Origin: Squalus acanthias
Taxonomy: Eukaryota
Length of the DNA: 64,000 nt
Reading direction: 5' to 3'
Assembly (NCBI GenBank): GCA_030390025.1
Contig: CM059431.1
Span: forward strand, 98,210,001-98,274,000
A program made the position numbers and the translations under genes. This document shows positions 48,101 through 60,100 of the stretch, one piece after another; position 1 is the first letter of the stretch, and each line of letters starts with the position of its first letter. The notes under the pieces are model-generated. The model did not search any database, was not told the DNA's origin, and saw only the letters and a program-made list of their open reading frames with translations.

Positions 48101-51100
48101 CAGTAACTAGGATCGTCAGTGGGAGTCAGTAACTAGAATCGTCAGAGGGAGTCAGTAACTAGGATCGTCAGTGGGAGTCAGTAACTAGGATCGTCAGTGG
48201 GAGTCAGTAACTAGAGTCGTCAGTGGGAGTCAGTAACTAGGATCATCACTGGGAGTCAGTATTAGAATCATCAGTGGGAGTCAGTAACTAGAATCGTCAG
48301 TGGGAGTCAGTAACTAGTATCGTCAGTGGGAGTCAGTAACTAGAATCGTCAGTGGGAGTCAGTAACTAGATTCTTCAGTGGGAGTCAGTAACTAGTATCG
48401 TCAGTGGGAGTCAGTAACTGGAATCGTCAGTGGGAGTCAGTAACTAGAATCGTCAGTGGGAGTCAGTAACTAGAATCGTCAGTGGGAGTCAGTAACTAGG
48501 ATCATCAGTGGGAGTCAGTAACTAGAGTCGTCAGTGGGAGTCAGTAACTAGGATCGTCAGTGGGAGTCAGTAACTAGGATCGTCAGTACGAGTCAGTAAC
48601 TAGAATCGTCAGTGGGAGTCAGTAACTAGTATCGTCAGTGGGAGTCAGTAACTAGAATCGTCAGTGGGAGTCATTAACTAGAGTCGTCAGTGGGAGTCAG
48701 TAACTAGTATCGTCAGTGGGAGTCAGTAACTAGAATCGTCAGTGGGATTCAGTAACTAGTATCGTCAGTGGGAGTCAGTAACTAGAGTCGTCAGTGGGAG
48801 TCAGTAACTAGTATCGTCAGTGGGAGTCAGTTACTAGGATCGTCAGTGGGAGTCAGTAACTAGATTCTTTCGTGGGATTCAGTAACTTGTATCGTCAGTG
48901 GGAGTCAGTAACTAGAATCGTCAGTGGGAGTCAGTAACTAGTATCGTCAGTGGGAGTCAGTAACTAGAATCGTCAGTGGGAGTCAGTAACTAGATTCTTC
49001 AGTGGGAGTCAGTAACTAGTATCGTCAGTGGGAGTCAGTAACTGGAATCGTCAGTGGGAGTCAGTAACTAGAATCGTCAGTGGGAGTCAGTAACTAGAAT
49101 CATCAGTGGGAGTCAGTAACTAGATTCTTCAGTGGGAGTCAGTAACTAGGATCGTCAGTGGGAGTCAGTAACTAGGATCGTCAGTGGGAGTCAGTAACTA
49201 GAATCGTCAGTGGGAGTCAGTAACTAGGATCGTCAGTGGGAGTCAGTAACTAGAGTCGTCAGTGGGAGCCATAACTAGAATCATCAGTGGGAGTCAGTAA
49301 CTAGAATAGTCAGAGGGAGTCAGTAACTAGGATCGTCAGTGGGAGTCAGTAACTAGGATCGTCAGTGGGAGTCAGTAACGAGAGTCGTCAGTGAGAGTCA
49401 GTAACTAGATTCTTCAGTGGGAGTCAGTAACTAGGATCATCAGTGGGAGTCAGTATTAGAATCATCAGTGGGAGTCAGTAACTAGAATCGTCAGTGGGAG
49501 TCAGTAACTAGTATCGTCAGTGGGAGTCAGTAACTAGAATCGTCAGTGGGAGTCAGTAACTAGATTCTTCAGTGGGAGTCAGTAACTAGTATCGTCAGTG
49601 GGAGTCAGTAACTGGAATCGTCAGTGGGAGTCAGTAACTAGAATCGTCAGTGGGAGTCAGTAACTAGAATCGTCAGTGGGAGTCAGTAACTAGGATCATC
49701 AGTGGGAGTCAGTAACTAGAATCATCAGTGGGAGTCAGTAACTAGAGTCGTCACTGGGAGTCAGTAACTAGATTCTTCAGTGGAAGTCAGTAACTAGGAT
49801 CGTCAGTGGGAGTCAGTAACTAGAATCGTCAGTGGGAGTCAGTAACTAGGATCGTCAGTGGGAGTCAGTAACTAGAGTCGTCAGTGGGAGCCATAACTAG
49901 AATCATCAGTGGGAGTCAGTAACTAGAATCGTCAGAGGGAGTCAGTAACTAGGATCGTCAGTGGGAGTCAGTAACTAGGATCGTCAGTGGGAGTCAGTAA
50001 CGAGAGTCGTCAGTGAGAGTCAGTAACTAGATTCTTCAGTGGGAGTCAGTAACTAGGATCATCAGTGGGAGTCAGTATTAGAATCATCAGTGGGAGTCAG
50101 TAACTAGAATCGTCAGTGGGAGTCAGTAACTAGTATCGTCAGTGGGAGTCAGTAACTAGAATCGTCAGTGGGAGTCAGTAACTAGATTCTTCAGTGGGAG
50201 TCAGTAACTAGTATCGTCAGTGGGAGTCAGTAACTGGAATCGTCAGTGGGAGTCAGTAACTAGAATCGTCAGTGGGAGTCAGTAACTAGAATCGTCAGTG
50301 GGAGTCAGTAACTAGGATCATCAGTGGGAGTCAGTAACTAGAATCATCAGTGGGAGTCAGTAACTAGAGTCGTCAGTGGGAGTCAGTAACTAGATTCTTC
50401 AGTGGAAGTCAGTAACTAGGATCGTCAGTGGGAGTCAGTAACTAGGATCGTCAGTGGGAGTCAGTAACTAGAGTCGTCAGTAAGAGCCATAACTAGAATC
50501 ATCAGTGGGAGTCAGTAACTAGAGTCGTCAGTGAGAGTCAGTAACTAGATTCGTCAACGGGAGTCAGTAACTAGGATCGTCAGTGGGAGTCAGTAACTAG
50601 AATCATCAGTGGCAGTCAGAAACTAGAGTCGTCAGTGGGAGTCAGTAACGAGATTCTTCAGTGAGAGTCAGTAACCAGAGTCGTCAGTGGGAGTCAGTAA
50701 CTAGAATCGTCAGTGGGAGTCAGTAACTAGGATCGTCAGTGGGAGTCAGTAACTAGAATAGTCAGAGGGAGTCAGTAACTAGGATCGTCAGTGGGAGTCA
50801 GTAACTAGGATCGTCAGTGGGAGTCAGTAACTAGAATCGTCAGAGGGAGTCAGTAATTGGATCGTCAGTGGGACTCAGTAACTAGGATCGTCAGTGGGAG
50901 TCAGTAACTAGAGTCGTCAGTGACAGTCAGTAACTAGATTCTTCAGTGGGATTCAGTAACTAGGATCATCAGTGGGAGTCAGTATTAGAATCATCAGTGG
51001 GAGTCAGTAACTAGAGTCGTCATTGGGAGTCAGTAACTGGATTCTTCAGTGGGAGTCAGTAACTAGGATCGTCAGTGGGAGTCAGTAACGAGGATCGTCA

Positions 51101-54100
51101 GTGGGAGTCAGTAACTAGGATCGTCAGTGGGAGTCAGTAACTAGAATCGTCAGTGGGAGTCAGTAACTAGGATCGTCAGTGGGAGTCAGTAACTAGAATC
51201 GTCAGTGGGAGTCAGTAACTAGATTCTTCAGTGGGAGTCAGTAACTAGGATCGTCAGTGGGAGTCAGTAACTAGAGTCGTCAGTGGGAGTCAGTAACTAG
51301 ATTCTTCAGTGGTAGTCAGTAACTAGATTCTTCAGTGGGAGTCATTAACTAGGATCGTCAGTGAGAGTCAGTAACTAGAATCGTCAGTGGGAGTCAGTAA
51401 CTAGAATCGTCAGTGGGAGTCAGTAACTAGAATCGTCAGTGGGAGTCAGTAACTAGGATCGTCAGTGGGAGTCAGTAACTAGGATCGTCAGTGGAAGTCA
51501 GTAACTAGGATCGTCAGTGGGAGTCAGTAACTAGAATCGTCAGTGGGAGTCAGTAACTAGGATCGTCAGTGGGAGTCAGTAACTGGGATCGTCAGCGGGA
51601 GTCAGTAACTAGATTCTTCAGTGGGAGTCAGTACTAGAATCGTCAGTGGGAGTCCGTAACTAGGATTGTCAGTGGGAGTCAGTAACTAGGATCGTCATTG
51701 GGAGTCAGTAACTGGAATCGTCAGTGGGAGTCAGTAACTAGGATCGTCAGTGGGAGTCAGTAACTAGGATCGTCAGTGCGAATCAGTAACTAGGATCGTC
51801 AGTGGGAGTCAGTAACTAGGATCGTCAGTGGGAGTCAGTAACTAGATTCTTCAGTGGGAGTCAGTGACTAGATTCGTCAGTGGGAGTCAGTAACTAGAAT
51901 CGTCAGTGGGAGTCAGTAACTAGATTCTTCAGTGGGAGTCAGTAACTAGAATCGTCAGTGGGAGTCAGTAACTAGAATCGTCAGTGGGAGTCAGTAACTA
52001 GAATCGTCAGTGGGAGTCAGTAACTAGAGTCTTCAGTGAGAGTCAGTAACTAGGATCGTCAGTGGGAGTCAGTAACTAGAATAGTCAGTGGGAGTCAGTA
52101 ACTAGGATCGTCAGTGGGAGTCAGTAACAAGGATCGTCAGTGGGAGTCAGTAACTAGGATCGTCAGTGGGAGTCAGTAACTAGATTCTTCAGTGGGAGTC
52201 AGTAACTAGATTCTTCAGTGGGAGTCAGTAACTAGAATCGTCAGTGGCAGTCAGTAACTGGAATCTTCAGTGTGAGTCAGTAACTAGGATCGTCAGTGGG
52301 AGCCATAACTAGAATCGTCAGTGGGAGTCTCTAACTAGAATCGTCAGTGGGAGTCAGTAACTAGAGTCGTCAGTGGGAGCCATAACTAGAATCGTCAGTG
52401 GGAGTCAGTAACTAGAGTCGTCAATGGGAGCCATAACTAGAATCGTCAGTGGGAGTCAGTAACTAGAATCGTCAGTGGGAGTCAGTAACTAGAATCGTGA
52501 GTGGGAGTCAGTAACTAGAGTCGTCAGTGGGAGCCATAACTAGAATCGTCAGTGGGAGTCAGTAACTAGAGTCGTCAGTGGGAGCCATACCTAGAATCGT
52601 CAGTGGGAGTCAGTAACTAGAGACGTCAGTGGGAGCCATAACAAGAATCGTCAGTGGGAGTCAGTAACTAGGATCATCAGTGGGAGTCAGTAACTAGAAT
52701 CGTCAGTGAGAGTCAGTAACTAGAATCGTCAGTGGGAGTCAGTAACTAGGATCGTCAGTGGGAGTCAGTAACTAGAATCGTCAGTGGGAGCCATAACTAG
52801 AATTTTCAGTGGGAGTCAGTAACTAGAATCGTCAGTGGGAGTCAGTAACTAGATTCTTCAGTAGGAGTCAGGAGCTAGAATCGTCAGTGGGAGTCAGTAA
52901 CTAGATTCTTCAGTAGGAGTCAGTAACTAGAATCGTCAGTGGGAGTCAGTAACTAGATTCTTCAGTGGGAGTCAGTAACTAGATTCTTCAGTAGGAGTCA
53001 GTAACTAGAATCGTCAGTGGGAGTCAGTAACTAGATTCTTCAGTAGGAGTCAGTAACTAGAATCGTCAGTGGGAGTCAGTAACTAGATTCTTCAGTAGGA
53101 GTCAGTAACTAGAATCGTCAGTGGGAGTCAGTAACTAGATTCTTCAGTAGGAGTCAGTAACTAGAATCGTCAGTGGGAGTCAGTAACTAGATTCTTCAGT
53201 AGGAGTCAGTAACTAGACTCGTCAGTGGGAGTCAGTAACTAGATTCTTCAGTAGGAGTCAGTAACTAGGATCGTCAGTGGGAGTCAGTAACTAGGATCGT
53301 CAGTGGGAGTCAGTAACTAGGATCGTCAGTGGAAGTCAGTAACTAGAATCGTCTGTGGTTTTCAGTAACTAGAATCGTCAGTGGGAGTCAGTAACTAGAT
53401 TCTTCAGTGGGAGTCAGTAACTAGGATCGTCAGTGGGAGTCAGTAACTAGGATCGTCAGTGGGAGTCAGTAACTAGATTCTTCAGTGGGAGTCAGTAACT
53501 AGGATCGTCAGTGGGAGTCAGTAACTAGATTCTTCAGTGGGAGTCAGTAACTAGGATCGTCAGTGGGTGTCAGTAACTAGAGTCGTCAGTGGGAGTCAGT
53601 AACTAGAATTGTCAGTGGGAGTCAGTAACTAGGATCGTCAGTGGGAGTCAGTAACTCGGATCGTCAGTGGGAGTCAGTAACTAGAATCGTCAGTGGGAGT
53701 CAGTAACTAGTATCGTCAGTGAGAGTCAGTAACTAGAATCGTCAGTGGGAGTCAGTAACTGGAGTCGTCAGTGGGAGTCAGTAACTAGTATCGTCAGTGG
53801 GAGTCAGTAACTAGAATCGTCAGTGGGATTCAGTAACTAGTATCGTCAGTGGGAGTCAGTAACTAGAGTCGTCAGTGGGAGTCAGTAACTAGTATCGTCA
53901 GTTGGAGTCAGTAACTAGGATCGTCAGTGGGAGTCAGTAACTAGATTCTTCAGTGGGATTCAGTAACTAGTATCGTCAGTGGGAGTCAGTAACTGGAATC
54001 GTCAGTGGGAGTCAGTAACTAGAATCGTCAGTGGGAGTCAGTAACTAGAATTGTCAGTGGGAGTCAGTAACTAGGATCATCAGTGGGAGTCAGTAACGAG

Positions 54101-57100
54101 AATCATCAGTGGGAGTCAGTAACTAGAGTCGTCAGTGGGAGTCAGTAACTAGATTCTTCAGTGGGAGTCAGTAACTAGGATCGTCAGTGGGAGTCAGTAA
54201 CTCGGATCGTCAGTGGGAGTCAGTAACTAGGATCGTCAGTGGGAGTCAGTAACTAGAGTCGTCAGTGGGAGCCATAACTAGAATCATCAGTGGGAGTCAG
54301 TAACTAGAGTCGTCAGTGAGAGTCAGTAACTAGATTCGTCAGCGGGAGTCAGTAACTAGGATCGTCAGTGGGAGTCAGTAACTAGAATCATCAGTGGCAG
54401 TCAGTAACTAGAGTCGTCAGTGGGAGTCAGTAACTAGATTCTTCAGTGAGAGTCAGTAACTAGAGTCGTCAGTGGGAGTCAGTAACTAGAATCGTCAGTG
54501 GGAGTCAGTAACTAGGATCGTCAGTGGGAGTCAGTAACTAGGATCGTCAGTGGGAGTCAGTAACTAGAATCGTCAGAGGGAGTCAGTAACTAGGATCGTC
54601 AGTGGGAGTCAGTAACTAGGATCGTCAGTGGGAGTCAGTAACTAGAGTCGTCAGTGAGAGTCAGTAACTAGATTCTTCAGTGGGAGTCAGTAACTAGGAT
54701 CATCACTGGGAGTCAGTATTAGAATCATCAGTGGGAGTCAGTAACTAGAATCGTCAGTGGGAGTCAGTAACAAGATTCTTCAGTGGGAGTCAGTAACTAG
54801 TATCGTCAGTGGGAGTCAGTAACTGGAATCGTCAGTGGGAGTCAGTAACTAGAATCGTCAGTGGGAGTCAGTAACTAGAATTGTCAGTGGGAGTCAGTAA
54901 CTAGGATCATCAGTGGGAGTCAGTAAATAGAATCATCAGTGGGAGTCAGTAACTAGAGTCGTCAGTGGGAGTCAGTAACTAGGATCGTCAGTGGGAGTCA
55001 GTAACTAGGATCGTCAGTAGGAGTCAGTAACTAGAATCGTCAGTGGGAGTCAGTAACTAGTATCGTCAGTGGGAGTCAGTAACTAGAATCGTCAGTGGGA
55101 GTCATTAACTAGAGTCGTCAGTGGGAGTCAGTAACTAGTATCGTCAGTGGGAGTCAGTAACTAGAATCGTCAGTGGGATTCAGTAACTAGTATCGTCAGT
55201 GGGAGTCAGTAACTAGAGTCGTCAGTGGGAGTCAGTAACTAGTATCGTCAGTGGGAGTCAGTTACTAGGATCGTCAGTGGGAGTCAGTAACTAGATTCTT
55301 TAGTGGGATTCAGTAACTAGTATCGTCAGTGGGAGTCAGTAACTAGAATCGTCAGTGGGAGTCAGTAACTAGATTCTTCAGTGGGAGTCAGTAACTAGTA
55401 TCGTCAGTGGGAGTCAGTAACTGGAATCGTCAGTGGGAGTCAGTAACTAGAATCGTCAGTGGGAGTCAGTAACTAGAATCGTCAGTGGGAGTCAGTAACT
55501 AGGATCATCAGTGGGAGTCAGTAACTAGATTCTTCAGTGGGAGTCAGTAACTAGGATCGTCAGTGGGAGTCAGTAACTAGGATCGTCAGTGGGAGTCAGT
55601 AACTAGAATCGTCAGTGGGAGTCAGTAACTAGGATCGTCAGTGGGAGTCAGTAACTAGAATCGTCAGTGGGAGTCAGTAACTAGGATCATCAGTGGGAGT
55701 CAGTAACTAGATTCTTCAGTGGGAGTCAGTAACTAGAATCGTCAGAGGGAGTCAGTAACTAGGATCGTCAGTGGGAGTCAGTAACTAGGATCGTCAGTGG
55801 GAGTCAGTAACGAGAGTCGTCAGTGAGAGTCAGTAACTAGATTCTTCAGTGGGAGTCAGTAACTAGGATCATCAGTGGGAGTCAGTATTAGAATCATCAG
55901 TGGGAGTCAGTAACTAGAATCGTCAGTGGGAGTCAGTAACTAGTATCGTCAGTGGGAGTCAGTAACTAGAATCGTCAGTGGGAGTCAGTAACTAGATTCT
56001 TCAGTGGGAGTCAGTAACTAGTATCGTCAGTGGGAGTCAGTAACTGGAATCGTCAGTGGGAGTCAGTAACTGGAATCATCAGTGGGAGTCAGTAACTAGA
56101 ATCGTCAGTGGGAGTCAGTAACTAGGATCATCAGTGGGAGTCAGTAACTAGAATCATCAGTGGCAGTCAGTAACTAGAATCATCAGTGGGAGTCAGTAAC
56201 TAGAATCGTCAGTGGGAGTCAGTAACTAGGATCGTCAGTGGGAGTCAGTAACTAGAATCGTCAGTGGGAGTCAGTAACTAGAATCATCAGTGGGAGTCAG
56301 TAACTAGAGTCGTCAGTGGGAGTCAGTAACTAGATTCTTCAGTGGAAGTCAGTAACTAGGATCGTCAGTGGGAGTCAGTAACTAGGATCGTCAGTGGGAG
56401 TCAGTAACTAGAGTCGTCAGTAAGAGCTATAACTAGAATCATCAGTGGGAGTCAGTAACTAGAGTCGTCAGTGAGAGTCAGTAACTAGATTCGTCAACGG
56501 GATTCAGTAACTAGGATCATCAGTGGGAGTCAGTATTAGAATCATCAGTGGGAGTCAGTAACTAGAGTCGTCATTGGGAGTCAGTAACTAGATTCTTCAG
56601 TGGGAGTCAGTAACTAGGATCGTCAGTGGGAGTCAGTAACTAGGATCGTCAGTGGGAGTCAGTAACTAGGATCGTCAGTGGGAGTCAGTAACTAGAATCG
56701 TCAGTGGGAGTTAGTAACTAGGATCGTCAGTGGGAGTCAGTAACTAGAATCGTCAGTGGGAGTCAGTAACTAGATTCTTCAGTGGGAGTCAGTAACTAGG
56801 ATCGTCAGTGGGAGTCAGTAACTAGAGTCGTCAGTGGGAGTCAGTAACTAGATTCTTCAGTGGTAGTCAGTAACTAGATTCTTCAGTGGGAGTCAATAAC
56901 TAGGATCGTCAGTGAGAGTCAGTAACTAGAATCGTCAGTGGGAGTCAGTAACTAGAATCGTCAGTGGGAGTCAGTAACTAGAATCGTCAGTGGGAGTCAG
57001 TAACTAGGATCGTCAGTGGGAGTCAGTAACTAGGATCGTCAGTGGAAGTCAGTAACTAGGATCGTCAGTGGGAGTCAGTAACTAGAATCGTCAGTGGGAG

Positions 57101-60100
57101 TCAGTAACTAGGATCGTCAGTGGGAGTCAGTAACTGGGATCGTCAGCGGGAGTCAGTAACTAGATTCTTCAGTGGGAGTCAGTACTAGAATCGTCAGTGG
57201 GAGTCCGTAACTAGGATTGTCAGTGGGAGTCAGTAACTAGGATCGTCATTGGGAGTCAGTAACTGGAATCGTCAGTGGGAGTCAGTAACTAGGATCGTCA
57301 GTGGGAGTCAGTAACTAGGATCGTCAGTGGGAGTCAGTCACTAGAATCGTCAGTGGGAGTCAGTCACTAGAATCGTCAGAGGGAGACAGTAACTAGAATC
57401 GTCAGTGGGAGTCAGTAACTAGAATCGTCAGTGGGAGTCAGTAACTAGATTCTTCAGTGGGAGTCAGTAACTAGGATCGTCAGTGGGAGTCAGTAACTAG
57501 ATTCTTCAGTGGGAGTCAGTAACTAGGATCGTCAGTGGGTGTCAGTAACTAGAGTCGTCAGTGGGAGTCAGTAACTAGAATCGTCAGTGGGAGTCAGTAA
57601 CTAGGATCGTCAGTGGGAGTCAGTAACTAGGATCGTCAGTGGGAGTCAGTAACTAGAATCGTCAGTGGGAGTCAGTAACTAGTATCGTCAGTGAGAGATA
57701 GTAACTAGAATCGTCAGTGGGAGTCAGTAACTGGAGTCGTCAGTGGGAGTCAGTAACTAGTATCGTCAGTGGGAGTCAGTAACTAGAATCGTCAGTGGGA
57801 TTCAGTAACTAGTATCGTCAGTGGGAGTCAGTAACTAGAGTCGTCAGTGGGAGTCAGTAACTAGTATCGTCAGTGGGAGTCAGTAACTAGGATCGTCAGT
57901 GGGAGTCAGTAACTAGATTCTTCAGTGGGATTCAGTAACTAGTATCGTCAGTGGGAGTCAGTAACTGGAATCGTCAGTGGGAGTCAGTAACTAGAATCGT
58001 CAGTGGGAGTCAGTAACTAGAATTGTCAGTGGGAGTCAGTAACTAGGATCATCAGTGGGAGTCAGTAACTAGAATCATCAGTGGGAGTCAGTAACTAGAG
58101 TCGTCAGTGGGAGCCAGTAACTAGATTCTTCAGTGGGAGTCAGTAACTAGGATCGTCAGTGGGAGTCAGTAACTAGGATCGTCAGTGGGAGTCAGTAACT
58201 AGGATCGTCAGTGGGAGTCAGTAACTAGAGTCGTCAGTGGGAGCCATAACTAGAATCATCAGTGGGAGTCAGTAACTAGAGTCGTCAGTGAGAGTCAGTA
58301 ACTAGATTCGTCAGCGGGAGTCAGTAACTAGGATCGTCAGTGGGAGTCAGTAACTAGAATCATCAGTGGCAGTCAGTAACTAGAGTCGTCAGTGAGAGTC
58401 AGTAACTAGATTCGTCAGTGGGAGTCAGTAACTAGAATCGTCAGTGGGAGTCAGTAACTAGGATCGTCAGTGAGAGTCAGTAACTAGAATCGTCAGAGGG
58501 AGTCAGTAACTAGGATCGTCAGTGGGAGTCAGTAACTAGGATCGTCAGTGGGAGTCAGTAACTAGAATCGTCAGAGGGAGTCAGTAACTAGGATCGTCAG
58601 TGGGAGTCAGTAACTAGGATCGTCAGTGGGAGTCAGTAACTAGAGTCGTCAGTGGGAGTCAGTAACTAGGATCATCACTGGGAGTCAGTATTAGAATCAT
58701 CAGTGGGAGTCAGTAACTAGAATCGTCAGTGGGAGTCAGTAACTAGTATCGTCAGTGGGAGTCAGTAACTAGAATCGTCAGTGGGAGTCAGTAACTAGAT
58801 TCTTCAGTGGGAGTCAGTAACTAGTATCGTCAGTGGGAGTCAGTAACTGGAATCGTCAGTGGGAGTCAGTAACTAGAATCGTCAGTGGGAGTCAGTAACT
58901 AGAATCGTCAGTGGGAGTCAGTAACTAGGATCATCAGTGGGAGTCAGTAACTAGAGTCGTCAGTGGGAGTCAGTAACTAGGATCGTCAGTGGGAGTCAGT
59001 AACTAGGATCGTCAGTACGAGTCAGTAACTAGAATCGTCAGTGGGAGTCAGTAACTAGTATCGTCAGTGGGAGTCAGTAACTAGAATCGTCAGTGGGAGT
59101 CATTAACTAGAGTCGTCAGTGGGAGTCAGTAACTAGTATCGTCAGTGGGAGTCAGTAACTAGAATCGTCAGTGGGATTCAGTAACTAGTATCGTCAGTGG
59201 GAGTCAGTAACTAGAGTCGTCAGTGGGAGTCAGTAACTAGTATCGTCAGTGGGAGTCAGTTACTAGGATCGTCAGTGGGAGTCAGTAACTAGATTCTTTC
59301 GTGGGATTCAGTAACTTGTATCGTCAGTGGGAGTCAGTAACTAGAATCGTCAGTGGGAGTCAGTAACTAGTATCGTCAGTGGGAGTCAGTAACTAGAATC
59401 GTCAGTGGGAGTCAGTAACTAGATTCTTCAGTGGGAGTCAGTAACTAGTATCGTCAGTGGGAGTCAGTAACTGGAATCGTCAGTGGGAGTCAGTAACTAG
59501 AATCGTCAGTGGGAGTCAGTAACTAGAATCATCAGTGGGAGTCAGTAACTAGATTCTTCAGTGGGAGTCAGTAACTAGGATCGTCAGTGGGAGTCAGTAA
59601 CTAGGATCGTCAGTGGGAGTCAGTAACTAGAATCGTCAGTGGGAGTCAGTAACTAGGATCGTCAGTGGGAGTCAGTAACTAGAGTCGTCAGTGGGAGCCA
59701 TAACTAGAATCATCAGTGGGAGTCAGTAACTAGAATAGTCAGAGGGAGTCAGTAACTAGGATCGTCAGTGGGAGTCAGTAACTAGGATCGTCAGTGGGAG
59801 TCAGTAACGAGAGTCGTCAGTGAGAGTCAGTAACTAGATTCTTCAGTGGGAGTCAGTAACTAGGATCATCAGTGGGAGTCAGTATTAGAATCATCAGTGG
59901 GAGTCAGTAACTAGAATCGTCAGTGGGAGTCAGTAACTAGTATCGTCAGTGGGAGTCAGTAACTAGAATCGTCAGTGGGAGTCAGTAACTAGATTCTTCA
60001 GTGGGAGTCAGTAACTAGTATCGTCAGTGGGAGTCAGTAACTGGAATCGTCAGTGGGAGTCAGTAACTAGAATCGTCAGTGGGAGTCAGTAACTAGAATC

